Assembly: GCA_977017575.1 (NCBI GenBank)
Contig: CDRNVI010000164.1
Coordinates: 124,001-188,000 of the forward strand
Source of the DNA: Paramoeba atlantica
Taxonomy: Eukaryota > Protista > Discosea
Length of the DNA stretch: 64,000 nt
Direction of reading: 5' to 3'
Part shown: piece after piece, positions 53,753 to 64,000 of the stretch
Numbering within the stretch: position 1 is the stretch's first letter
Layout of the letters: each line of letters opens with the position of its first letter
Notes under the pieces: model-generated
Databases searched by the model: none
Told to the model about the DNA's origin: nothing
What the model saw: the letters and a program-made list of their open reading frames with translations, nothing else
Position numbers and translations under genes: made by a program

Positions 53753-56700
53753 TTACCTCCTCGTTTTCTTTCCTTTTGCACCCCTGCTAACTCTCCCCCT
53801 CCCTCCTCTCGCTCTTCCTCTTCCTCTTCCCCCCCTTCCTCTCCCACCCCTTTGGCCCCTTTCACTTTGGCCCATTGATCCACCTCCTCCCCTTGATCCT
53901 CCACTCGCTCCTCTTGATCCTCCACTTGCTCCTCTCCCTGCTCCTCCTCCTCTCCCTCGACTTTCTTGTCCTCCTCCTCCACCACCAAAATGGAAGTTCG
54001 TTTGTGGTTGTGCACTCCCACCTGGTCCTCCTCGTCGCATTCCCGGACAATTTGGGTGACAAGGACAACTTCCAACAAAGGGATATTCATCATCTTCTAA
54101 ATCCTCTTCTTCTGAGTCCTCCTCTTCGGAGTCTTCCTCATCCGAGTCTTCATCATTTTCACGTTCTAAAAAGGTCATCAAAAGACTACTCAATAAATCT
54201 TTCCTCGAAATGCCATAGAGCTCCTCACAGAAGGTTAATTTCAACATTTGCGCAATTTCTGGGTAGGTTTCGAAACTTTTCTCCAACCGCTCGCTTGGGA
54301 TCACATTACACCATCTCGTTGGGACAGGAAGATCTAAATTTTTTCCGATATCTCCTTTTCCACCACACCCATTACAAGGGAAACCAGTGAGACCCTGAAA
54401 CCAATGTGTGTCACAGTTTGGACAGTGAGAATTTCGATAATCCCCAAGACAGGTCCCAAATCCTGGGCACTCATTACAGTGGTTGTGAAATTTCCCACAA
54501 TCAGGGCGGGGGTCGCCATTACAGACCCTCGTAATATAATATTTCCACCCACACTCACACTCTACGTCTGCGCCCTCACTCCCATCTTCGTAATCACCAC
54601 CGTAAGAGGATTGATAGAGGAGATCTTGAACTGAAACTCTGATGTCTCCATCACAGGTTTCACAACCAAAGGAAGTGACCTCAGTTTGAAGACCAGAGGT
54701 AAGACGAACATGACCCTTTTGGATTGCTGCTTTGAGACAACGCGAAACATTTTTCGGCGACTCAACCCCAGCCTTTTTGAGTAAGTTATGGACTTGTTCA
54801 CAAGTATAGATCAGCTTTTCTTCCTTGTCAAGGGGTGTTTGATTTTTGTTTTTTTGGTGATCCACACTGTACGATGGGATGGCTGAGGAAGGGAAAGAAG
54901 GGATCGAATTAAGTTTCAAAGCGTTTGAGTAAGTCAAAGCTCCAAGTTGTTTCGTTTTAGTACACCAAATATTTCGAAACGAAGAAGAGATTTCCGAAAG
55001 AGCATTCCCAAGGTCAATAAGTTGATCACAACGCGCAGAAAAATAAATTCTCGAAGTTCGAGAAATAACTTTGTGTGGTGACCAATCTTCTTCCAGCTTC
55101 CACTCATTTTCTTTTTCATGTTTCGAGCAGACACAACGACGTCCAAAAGCATCCACTGAAGGCTGAGAAAATTGGAGTACCATCACACCATCCCCATATG
55201 GATCGAGAGAATCATTCTCCTCGTCATCACTCTCCTCGTTATCATTCTCCGAAGCAATGAAAGTCACACCCTCAATATGATCAACAGAGAACCGCACACG
55301 AAAGACTCGAGTACTTCGAAAACGACCAAATTCGCCAATAGCATAGGCATAATCAAGTTCATCTTTATCCATTTGATCTTTCAACTTTTTTCGAGCCGCA
55401 TCATCAAGTTTCTCCTCATCATCATCATCACTATCCTCATCATCTGAACTCCAAACACCTCCTCCCATAAACCCACCCCCAAAAAGTCCAAAACCAGATG
55501 CTCCTTGACCATCTTTCTTGATTTTTGAGAGTCTTTCCTCAGAGGGGGGCAAATATTCATTTCTTGGGCATGGGATAAACTCAAACATATCAAGGCAAAG
55601 AAATCGATTCTCTTTATCAATTCTGAAAGAGAATTGGAAAGGATACGATGCAAGAAGTGAAAAATAATTTTCTTGGGAATTTGGTGCTTGATGTTGGGGA
55701 GAGGGGGAGGGTTGGGAAGAGGGGGAAGAGGAGGAAGAGGAAGAAGAGGAAGAGGGGGAAGAGGAAGAGGGGGAAGAGGGGGAAGAGGAAGAGGGGGAAG
55801 AGGGGGAAGAGGAGGAAGAGGAGGAAGAGGAGGAAGGGAGAGGAGAAGGAGAGGGGAAAGGGGAAGAGGAAGGGGAAGGGGAAGGAGTAGGAGTAGGAGG
55901 AGAATGTTTTCGAAGAAGATCAACAAGTTCTGATTTTTCGATACAAGCAGAATAATCAACTCCTTTCTCTTTCAAAGCCTTTTTAAGTGCTGGAACCCTC
56001 ATATTTTCGATTGGTGTCTCTGAAGAGTTCGACGATGCTGAAGAAGGGGAGGGAGAGGGAGAGGGAGAAGGGGTTGTTGAATTTGCTGTTGGTGCAAAAG
56101 GGTTGATACTTTCTGTTTTTTCTGAAAATGGGTTTCTTCCCCAAGGTTTGCCAGCCGGAGTAGAAGAGGGTGGCTGACGGAACAGATCAGATTTTGCTTT
56201 AAAAGGGTTTTCATTTGATGAGTCTCCTCGTCCAAATGCAAATGTGGGTGATGAAGTTGAACTAAACGGGTTGGTTGATGATGGTGATGATGAAGTTGGT
56301 GACCCAAATAATCCAGGCGAAGGCGCAGAAGATGTCGATGAAGAAGAACCAAGAGAAGGTGGACCAGCAAAAAAACTGATCGATTTTACTGTGGTAACTC
56401 GAGTAGTTATTTCTTCCCAACATTCATCCTCAGGAATTGGTTCTTTGGAAAAGGTATAATCACTTTCTGGAGGATCATCGTCATCGTCGTCATCTGGACC
56501 CCATGATTCAGGTGCGTCTTGCCAACGTTGGTCATTCCCTCCATCCCAAACAAAATGAGGAAGCTCAGGTTTTTTTTTCACTTCCGCCTTCCAATTGACC
56601 AATCCCTCAACAGAACGTCCCTTGAAAGACTTCATATAATGTGCAAAATCGTTCACGTCCATCACACCAAGTTCACGATGTTCCTCCGACAAAAGTCTGG

Positions 56701-56875
56701 GGCGATAGGCATACTCAAGACATAAACCTGGATTCCCAGTTTTACAAGCAGAGTCATACCCACAGTAAGAGAGATGAAGTCCTGCCTGACCACGTGTGAG
56801 AGCTTCATACATAAAAACTGTATTTTCAATCGTCATTTTCTTGTCACCTTCCTCGAACATTTTCGAAAAATCCAT
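53753..56875 (-). CDS. Unknown ~1040-aa intronless protein: NPF motifs, SAP/HEH-like helix pair, Cys/His-rich region, RGG tail
   Basis: Continuous ORF from MDFSKMF; four NPF motifs; IENMRVPALKKALKEKGVDYSACIEKSELVDLL; many CxxC/HxxC pairs; C-terminal RGRGG repeats. Confidence 0.8.
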   Translation of the reverse strand: MDFSKMFEEGDKKMTIENTVFMYEALTRGQAGLHLSYCGYDSACKTGNPGLCLEYAYRPRLLSEEHRELGVMDVNDFAHYMKSFKGRSVEGLVNWKAEVKKKPELPHFVWDGGNDQRWQDAPESWGPDDDDDDDPPESDYTFSKEPIPEDECWEEITTRVTTVKSISFFAGPPSLGSSSSTSSAPSPGLFGSPTSSSPSSTNPFSSTSSPTFAFGRGDSSNENPFKAKSDLFRQPPSSTPAGKPWGRNPFSEKTESINPFAPTANSTTPSPSPSPSPSSASSNSSETPIENMRVPALKKALKEKGVDYSACIEKSELVDLLRKHSPPTPTPSPSPSSSPFPSPSPLPSSSSSSSSSSPSSPSSSSPSSPSSSSPSSSSSSSSSSPSSQPSPSPQHQAPNSQENYFSLLASYPFQFSFRIDKENRFLCLDMFEFIPCPRNEYLPPSEERLSKIKKDGQGASGFGLFGGGFMGGGVWSSDDEDSDDDDEEKLDDAARKKLKDQMDKDELDYAYAIGEFGRFRSTRVFRVRFSVDHIEGVTFIASENDNEESDDEENDSLDPYGDGVMVLQFSQPSVDAFGRRCVCSKHEKENEWKLEEDWSPHKVISRTSRIYFSARCDQLIDLGNALSEISSSFRNIWCTKTKQLGALTYSNALKLNSIPSFPSSAIPSYSVDHQKNKNQTPLDKEEKLIYTCEQVHNLLKKAGVESPKNVSRCLKAAIQKGHVRLTSGLQTEVTSFGCETCDGDIRVSVQDLLYQSSYGGDYEDGSEGADVECECGWKYYITRVCNGDPRPDCGKFHNHCNECPGFGTCLGDYRNSHCPNCDTHWFQGLTGFPCNGCGGKGDIGKNLDLPVPTRWCNVIPSERLEKSFETYPEIAQMLKLTFCEELYGISRKDLLSSLLMTFLERENDEDSDEEDSEEEDSEEEDLEDDEYPFVGSCPCHPNCPGMRRGGPGGSAQPQTNFHFGGGGGGQESRGRGGGAGRGASGGSRGASGGSRGGGGSMGQSERGQRGGRGRGGRGRGRARGGRGRVSRGAKGKKTRR

Positions 56876-57095
56876 CTTCTCTTTGTTTGTTTCGTGTCGA
56901 GTGGCCAACGACAGAGAAAAGAGGAAAAAAACACAAAAAGGCGAAACTCGAAAAGGTTGTGCTAAATTTAGAAAACTAAAATATCCCACACTTTTTTCCA
57001 CTTCTTTTTCACCTTTTTCTTCCCTCGCCCAAAGTCGTTTTCTCTCCTCTCTCCTCTTTCCTCTCTCTCTTGTTTCCTTCTTTTTTTTTTTTGAA

Positions 57096-58157
57096 ATGGC
57101 TTCTCATACATGCAACCTCCGCTCACGAATTCGAGGTCTTTTCTGGGGATTGAGCATTGGTGATCGAAATGGAGGACCACAAAGGCTTGCATATCTTCTC
57201 TGTGACCATGTCTACTCCCACAAAGGACTCGATCAAGAAGATCTTTGGGAAAACTATTATCATCGATGGTATTCAAAATTTGGGTTTGATACAGGAGGTA
57301 CGTTGGTAACAATCGCAATGATGAAGAAAGCAAGGATGGATCTTACTGCGAGAGATTGTGCAAAGGATCTTTATGACCGTGGGAAGAAAAGAGGAGAATT
57401 CCCTGCTGGTGTTGGAAGCGCTCATCGTGATTCAGTCCTCTCTTGTTTTCCTTTTTTTCCTTTGGATGACCCCCAAAAAAAGAGCGGCGGATTGTTGACG
57501 GAAAACAATTTATTAGATGTTTGTGACCTGGAATCTGAAGTCACTCATTACTCTCCACAAAGTAAAGCTGCTTGCCGTGTTGTAAACGTCATCTGTCGTC
57601 TTTTGATCACCTCCACTTTCGATTCTCTTGATGGTTGTCTTCGATATCTTTGCGAAAATCCTCACTTAATTTCCCCTGATTTTACGACACGATTTAAAGT
57701 TGAATCAATGCTTCAGAGACATATTGAAAAGGAAAAGAGAAGTCTTTCTTCACTCGATCGAGGAGGGTACTCGATTAACACTTTGGATACTGCCCTTTAT
57801 TTCGTCCGATCCACCAGTTCTTTTGAATCTGCAATGAAAAAGTCAGTAGCATTTGCAGGTTGTGGGAATTACTGTCCTGTGTTGGTTGGGCCAATTGCTG
57901 GAGCTCTCTATGGTATTGAACAAGTTGAAAAGTGCTCTTTAATATCTCACTCTCACAACTCGCAATCGATTTGCACCACCAAAAGGGAAGGATTGAAAGA
58001 GTGTGTTGCTCTTTGTGACCAGATGATCGAAAGCCCAACTGGTAAGTACCATCAAAAACCGAATCGATACACACCACTTGACCTAGCAGATTACTTATCA
58101 AATAGAATTTCTGACTTATGGGAAAAGGATGAGGAACCAAAAGAAAGAGAAAATTAA
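57096..58157 (+). CDS. ADP-ribosylglycohydrolase (ARH/DraG)-like protein, intronless
   Basis: RIRGLFWGLSIGD..GGP; SEVTHYSPQS; GGYSINTLDTALYFV..SFESAMKKSV..AG..LVGPIAGALYG. Confidence 0.8.
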   Translation: MASHTCNLRSRIRGLFWGLSIGDRNGGPQRLAYLLCDHVYSHKGLDQEDLWENYYHRWYSKFGFDTGGTLVTIAMMKKARMDLTARDCAKDLYDRGKKRGEFPAGVGSAHRDSVLSCFPFFPLDDPQKKSGGLLTENNLLDVCDLESEVTHYSPQSKAACRVVNVICRLLITSTFDSLDGCLRYLCENPHLISPDFTTRFKVESMLQRHIEKEKRSLSSLDRGGYSINTLDTALYFVRSTSSFESAMKKSVAFAGCGNYCPVLVGPIAGALYGIEQVEKCSLISHSHNSQSICTTKREGLKECVALCDQMIESPTGKYHQKPNRYTPLDLADYLSNRISDLWEKDEEPKEREN

Positions 58158-58270
58158 AAAAAAAATAATAATAATTCTAAAAAACAAGCAATTGCAAGGG
58201 GTCAGAAAATGACACACACACATTCAAAATTATTCTCTTTTTTCTGATGTGTTAGACTCTTTCAATAAAA

Positions 58271-58885
58271 TTATTTGTAAAGATCATGTTTGAGGATGTA
58301 GTCAATGAGATCTGAAACCAACAATTCACTTTTTCTTGTTTCTTTCAATTCTCTCCGAACTTGGGTTGAAGACCCATCATCACTTGCAAAGTCTTTTAAA
58401 AAGAGATGGGGTTTTTCACAATACCACATCCCACTCTCAGAAATCTCAACCCCAGCTCGAGGAAAGATAATAAAAGGAAGTAAAGAGATCAGTTTATCAG
58501 CGTCGTCCCAGGTATGAATCGTTTTGGCATTATCAGCCCCAATCAAGAAGAAGTATTCTCTTTTTGGATTGCGAAATTGGTCCAAGAATTTCAAAAGAAA
58601 AGGATATGTTTGCCCTTTTGTGTCCACTTTTGATTCAAAATCATTGACAATCACTTGATTGGGCAGGTATTTGTCAGCTAAGAGTTGACACATTGCTACA
58701 CGATGGTGAAAGGAGATAAGGTGACTTTTATCAGCATGATCGTTACAGGGAAGGAGCCAAACAGAATCAATAACTTTCCTTTCAAAGAGATAATCAAAGA
58801 GTTTTTGGTGGCTTTTTGTCGGAGGATTGAAAGACCCTCCAAAGAGAAGAATTTTTTGGATCTTGTCCGATGAAGAAGAACTCAT
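58271..58885 (-). CDS. nadD: Nicotinate/nicotinamide-nucleotide adenylyltransferase, NadD-like, intronless
   Basis: LFGGSFNPPTKSH, RVAMCQL, FLIGADN..TW, GSSTQVR, DYILKHDLY. Confidence 0.9.
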   Translation of the reverse strand: MSSSSSDKIQKILLFGGSFNPPTKSHQKLFDYLFERKVIDSVWLLPCNDHADKSHLISFHHRVAMCQLLADKYLPNQVIVNDFESKVDTKGQTYPFLLKFLDQFRNPKREYFFLIGADNAKTIHTWDDADKLISLLPFIIFPRAGVEISESGMWYCEKPHLFLKDFASDDGSSTQVRRELKETRKSELLVSDLIDYILKHDLYK

Positions 58886-59044
58886 TTTCTCTCCTCAAAA
58901 CCCCAAACTGGAAAAGAACTTTTTCTTTTTTACACAACAACTGGTGGGAAAAAAGCAGGAAAAAAATGGTCTCGATTATTTAGAACCCCAAAATTAGCCT
59001 TCCCCTTCTTTTTTCTGTTTGGCAGTTTGTTTCTCGTTTGGGAA

Positions 59045-60495
59045 ATGACCAGCCGACAGTGGTTTGATGCTGTGAGCACAGGGGATTGTGAGAAAGCTCG
59101 CCAACTCATCCTCCATTCAAAATCTCACAATTTCGATATTGCTCCTCGAGGGCAGGTTTTTAACCTTTCATCCCAATTGAAAGAGATTCCATTTTTCCTT
59201 TCAAAACTTGTTATTTTGTTTCAGCCTTCGGATCGAATTCCTTTGCGTATTGCTTGTGAAAGAGGAGATATTGAAATGGTCAAAATTTTAATCAAAAATG
59301 GCGCAGATACCAATCTAATTTCAAGATTTTCGAGGGCTCTGGGAAAAGATGGGGTGATCATGAGTTGTGCAAGTTATGACCCACAAATTCTCTCATTTGT
59401 GTTTGACGAGCTGGAAGGGGTTTGTTTTTTGTTTCAAGTTTCCTTCTTTGGTTTTTTAATCTCGCAGAATCTCTTAAAAATCGAGTGCAGGACATCACAG
59501 TCACCCCTCTTTGTTATGCTTGTGACCTGAAAAACCTTGAGTTTGCGAGGTTTCTAATTTCGAAGAATTGCCCAGTTAATGGACAAGACGGTCGGCTAAT
59601 ATCTCGAACACCTCTCCTTGCTGCCTGTATGTCTAAAGAGGTTGAGATGGTTGAATTACTTTTGCAAAATGGGGCGCAAACCACTGTCAAGGTTTTTTGA
59701 TCTTTCCAGAATGAGACACTTGATGATCTCTCATTCTGATCTCTTTTCATTGTGCATTTCAGGATCGGAGTATTCTCTATGAGGTTTGTTACTGTCGTTG
59801 TTTCGAACTGATCCAAACTCTTGTGGATTATGGGGCGAATGTCAACGAATTTTGTAATGGTGCTACACCTTTGATACTTCTGAGTCGAGCTGGATCTGTG
59901 GTTAACCAACTAGAAACTGTTGAATTTTTATTGAAAAGAGGTGCGAACATCGCTCTTACGGATCTGGTTCAATGTTATTTGATCTTCAAGAGTGTATTTG
60001 TTTCCATCATTGACTTTTTTTCCCAGCATGGTCAAACTTGTCTTCACGCTGCAGCTTTGAAAGGGAACCTACTTCTTGTAAAGCTCCTCTGTGAATATGG
60101 TGCTGACCCAGATGCAAAAGATTCTCAGGTTGTGTGTCGAGTCTTTTTGATTGGAAATTCTGTGGGTGTAAAATTTCTCAGAAAAGTAATTAGGGAAGGA
60201 CTCCAGCTGATTTAACATCCTCTCCACCACTAAAGAAGTTTCTCGAGGTCGTTATATTCTTCTCAAAATTATCCTTCAATATTACCTCTCTCCCCTTCAA
60301 AAAGTTCACTTACAAAAAAAAGGAATTCGTTCTCATTGATAGTTCAATTAAACCCGCAAAACGAGGAGAGGAAGAAGAAGAAGAAGGAACCAAAAAAAGA
60401 AAGAACTCTCAAAATGGGTCCGTTCAGAGTGAGATGATTGCGAACAAAAAGCCTCGCTTGGACGTAAGTTGAGGGAACGGTTTTTTCTGTAGACT
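59045..60495 (+). CDS. Ankyrin-repeat protein, multi-exon
   Basis: PLRIACERGDIEMVKILIKNGAD, TPLCYAC, TPLLAACMSKEVEMVELLLQNGA, TCLHAAALKGNLLLVKLLCEYGADPDAKD; 3' end approximate. Confidence 0.85.
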
Positions 60496-60824
60496 GAGTT
60501 CACATTTTTTCCCTCTTTCACTCCAAGTTTGTTTCGTTCATTTTTACTTTTCTTCTTTCCTTTTGATTTTTTTCAAACTCTTTGCTCTTTAGGGCAGGTG
60601 CGGCTCTTCTTCTCCCCACAACACGAAGCTTCACAAAGCAAGAGAAATTGTAAATTCTTGCGCAATATCCCCATAATAATAAGCTTGAAGGAGGAATGGG
60701 AGAAAAAAAACAAAAGAACAAAAACTAAGTGCACACACTAGACACTAGAGTTCATCATTCAAAAAAAAAAAGAATTTCTCTTTTCTTCTGTGGTTAGTTA
60801 GCTTAAATAAAAAAATTTCTTAAT

Positions 60825-62826
60825 TTAAAGGAGGTCATTTGATGCCCACAGTTGAAGGGAATGTTTTTCCGGCTCTGATATAAGTATTGAACCGAAAGAA
60901 TCGACAACAACGCCCAGCGGATCACCTAATTGACCATCACCAAACGAAAACAGAAAGGTTCCATCTTTCTCATAGACACTCACTATCTTATTCCCATATT
61001 CAGCAACAACAATTCGGCCTTCACCATCCACAGCAACTCCCTCTGGAGCTCTCATTCGAGGAACATTGGTCCCAAAACTTCGAATAAACCTTCCTTCGAT
61101 ATCCATCACTTGAATCCGGTGGTTAAGATTGTCTGAAATGACAATATCTCCATCTTCATCAATTGCAACAAATCGTGGTTCATGAAACTGACCATCAGCA
61201 GACCCTCGAGAGCCAAAAGACCGAATAAAAGATCCATCATCATTGAACACTTGAATTCGATGATTCCCACTGTCAACAACAATAATATGACCTTCTTCAT
61301 CAACAGCGACACCATAAGGTCGATTGAAGTGTCCAGGTTGGGAACCCTTCGACCCAAATGACTTGATTAGCTGCCCTGATTTCCGTAAGATTTTTACTTG
61401 AGAACAAGACCAATCAAGAACAACGAGCTGATCGTCCAAACCAACAGCCACACCAGCAGGATTCCCAAGAAATGGAATTCGTTCAATCACTAACCCTTCT
61501 CTGTTTAAGATTGATAAACCTTTTCCGTATTCAGCCACGAGAAAGTTTCCATCGCCATCAAGACACACACCCCATGGGCTCTGCGCACAGTTGATTGAAC
61601 GTTGAAATTTAAATCCCTTGCAACGAACAATTCCACTCTTATTTGGTGTCACAATCGCTTCATTCACAAGATCATTTGCAGTTTGAACAAGTTTCGAAAA
61701 TACTTGTTCCTGAAAAATTGAATCACCAGTTGGAGTTTTGGATAATCTCTGAATTGTGTCATGTCTCATTCGTAAATCGTCCATCTCCAAATCGAAATCT
61801 TTTTTCCCTGCTGAGATCTGAACCAACTTTTCTTCCAATCTTCGAATTTCGGATTTCAGTTCTTCAGTTACTTTACCATTTCTTCTATTTCTTTGTTCAA
61901 GGCACTCCATCCTCTTTTTAAGTGTCAATCCAATTACCACAATCTCGTTTCTTCTTTTCACGACACTTTCGTCAAGCGAGCTTACGCTGGATTTGTGTCC
62001 ATCATGGCTTTGAAGAAGACAACGAAAACAAATAAGAACGGAACACTTAAAACAAAATCCATGGACAGTCTCAAAAGGATGTTTTGGACATTGTTTCTCC
62101 TTCAAGGCCAACCCAGCACGGTCAACAACATTCACACTTGAACTACCTTCTGGTTGATGGCGTTCGCGTTTATGGTTTTGGGTAAAAATCGTCGAAGTGT
62201 GAGAAGGATCACAAGTATCACAAATAAACATTTGGCAAAGGGGGCAGTACATCTCGGTTCTCTCTCCACAACTTTTAAAATTAAAGCATTCCTTTCTTTC
62301 TGTTGAATTTTTGAATAAAAATAAAAAATTGACACAGACATAAAAAAAAAATATAAGAAAGAAAGAAACCGAGACCAACTGTTGGTTTGGCCAAAGATAA
62401 CATGTTTGAAGAAACAAGAGCGTCAACCGTCTCAGGTATTAGATTATTCAATTGAAGAGATTCCACAGAAGTGCATTCGAAATTTTTTCGACAAACAGGA
62501 CATCTTAATTGAAAAGAAGAAGAAGAAGAAGAAGAAGAAGAAGAAGAACTTTCACTCTTCTGTTGGCTCACCAGTTTTTCAAGACACTCAGTACAAAATG
62601 AATGCCCACATAAGAGCATTCTCGGTTCTCTCTCCCAACACATCATCTCAAAACAAACCCCACAACGAAAACCATAATGGTCAGACTCCTCATCATCACA
62701 TTCTTCTTTTGTTTTTTTTCTTCTGACAACTGGTTGAGGACCTCCTCCTCCTCCTCCTCCTCCTCCTCCCTCCCTCCGAACAACAACAACAACCTCTTCT
62801 CGTTTTCTCTTTCCCTTCTCGTTCAT
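60825..62826 (-). CDS. Divergent TRIM-NHL paralog (copy I)
   Basis: RING CGVC..CGHSFC..C..CPVC, two B-boxes, coiled coil, NHL repeats; phase-1 intron 62300-62369 at the same position as in copies B-H. Confidence 0.92.
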
Positions 62827-63162
62827 GCAAAAAACGCACAAAACAAAATTGGCCGAGAAAAAAATGGCCATTTTTTTTGGCCGTGATTTTGGCCACCTAA
62901 TAATGTTTGCTTGGAGATGGTCAGTTCTGAGTTAGTTCTTTGTAGATTTTGCATTTGGTCTCGATCGTTGGCGATCCTCTTTTGAGAATGAGACAAGACA
63001 AATTGCTCTTCTCCAAAATTTAGGTGGAGCTTGTGTTTGAGGATTCAAGAATATTGTTTGACTTTTTTCCCAAACAAATGAAACAAAAGAAAAAACAACA
63101 AAATTATGTTGTGTGTCTGTTTTTCTGTTTTTTTCATTTGAAATCCCCACAGTTTTTAATTC

Positions 63163-63888
63163 TCATTGTCTTGCAGATTTGATGTTTCTGAACTGATTTG
63201 TGACCCCACGAATCGTGTGAGAAACGATAAGTTGGAACATTTCTTCGACATTTGTTTTGAGCAGTGCACTTGTTTCAAGGAATGGAAGATGAAGAGAAGA
63301 TCCCAAATTTTCTCCTTCTATGGTTGAAACTTCTCTTTCTGATTCAAGATCACTTTTGTTTCCAATAAGAATTCCAATTGGGACATCTTCACTCTTCACT
63401 TTTTGAATTTGTTCATAAAAGGATCGAATTTCTTCAAACGAGGCTTTTGAAGTGACAGAATACACTAAAATAAAAGATTTGTTGTATTTCATATATGATT
63501 CTCTCAGTGTTGAGAAATTCGAGTGACCTCCGATATCTTTTGAAAGGGGGGGGGGGGGGAAATTATTTCATATCTCCTCTTTTTCTCCATCAAAAAAGAA
63601 AAGAACAAACCTTGAAAGATTGCGAGAGTAGCCTCCTTTTCATCCACCCCCTGAATATGCGTTTGATAACTGAAAACCCATTTCTTTTCAAAAAAGAAAG
63701 CCACAAAAAAAAAGAAAGGCAAGTATTTGAAAAAAGAAAACAAACTTATCTTCAACTGTTGGGTCATACACGCTCACAAAATGGTTCGAAAGAAATCGGG
63801 TCACCAAAGCAGTTTTTCCAACTCTTCCAGCACCCATGACAGCAAATTTGATTGAACCATTTCGTTTTCGAGAATGACTTGTCCCCAT
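63163..63888 (-). CDS. Atypical Ras-family GTPase (191 aa, 3 exons)
   Basis: GAGRVGKT, YDPTVED, DIGGH, NKSD, ETSA; exons 63888-63746, 63669-63611 and 63536-63163 splice in frame. Confidence 0.9.
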
Positions 63889-64000
63889 CTCCTTTCTCTG
63901 TCTCTCTCTCCTCTGTCTCTCTCTCTTTCTCTCCCACACCGTTTTTCTGTTTTCTCTCTCTCCCAAAGAATGATGTGTTGAAAAACTGTGTCTTATTTTA

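Noticed and set aside
55648-55933. Arg/Gly- and Lys/Arg-rich plus-strand ORFs
   Set aside because: Antisense shadow of the Ser/Pro low-complexity linker of the 1040-aa gene.

Overview
AT-rich, intron-rich eukaryotic genomic DNA, probably from a free-living protist (amoebozoan affinity is only an inference). About 50 kb is a young, rearranging gene array: eight near-identical RING/B-box1/B-box2/coiled-coil/NHL (TRIM-NHL) gene copies (A-H; A is cut by the window edge, D carries a nonsense codon) interleaved with ten intact tRNA-Gly genes (8 GCC, 2 CCC). Decayed passengers lie between them: an Arf-like pseudo-GTPase and an unknown ORF. The array forms two inverted arms around a GST and PRP16, and contains a ~10.3 kb higher-order tandem duplication. 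A 108-aa coiled-coil segment is almost invariant among copies, while the predicted top-face loops of the NHL propeller are hypervariable and shuffled between copies. This suggests a diversifying receptor/E3-ligase repertoire and is the main candidate for an undescribed system. Two intact mobile elements sit in the array, each with an empty site elsewhere in the window: a 1.2 kb TIR DDE transposon and a 5 kb tyrosine-recombinase retrotransposon with split direct repeats. The right end carries single-copy genes: CLPTM1, a 1040-aa unknown protein, an ADP-ribosylglycohydrolase-like gene, NadD, an ankyrin protein, a divergent TRIM-NHL and an atypical Ras. All calls are from reading motifs by eye; no searches were run.
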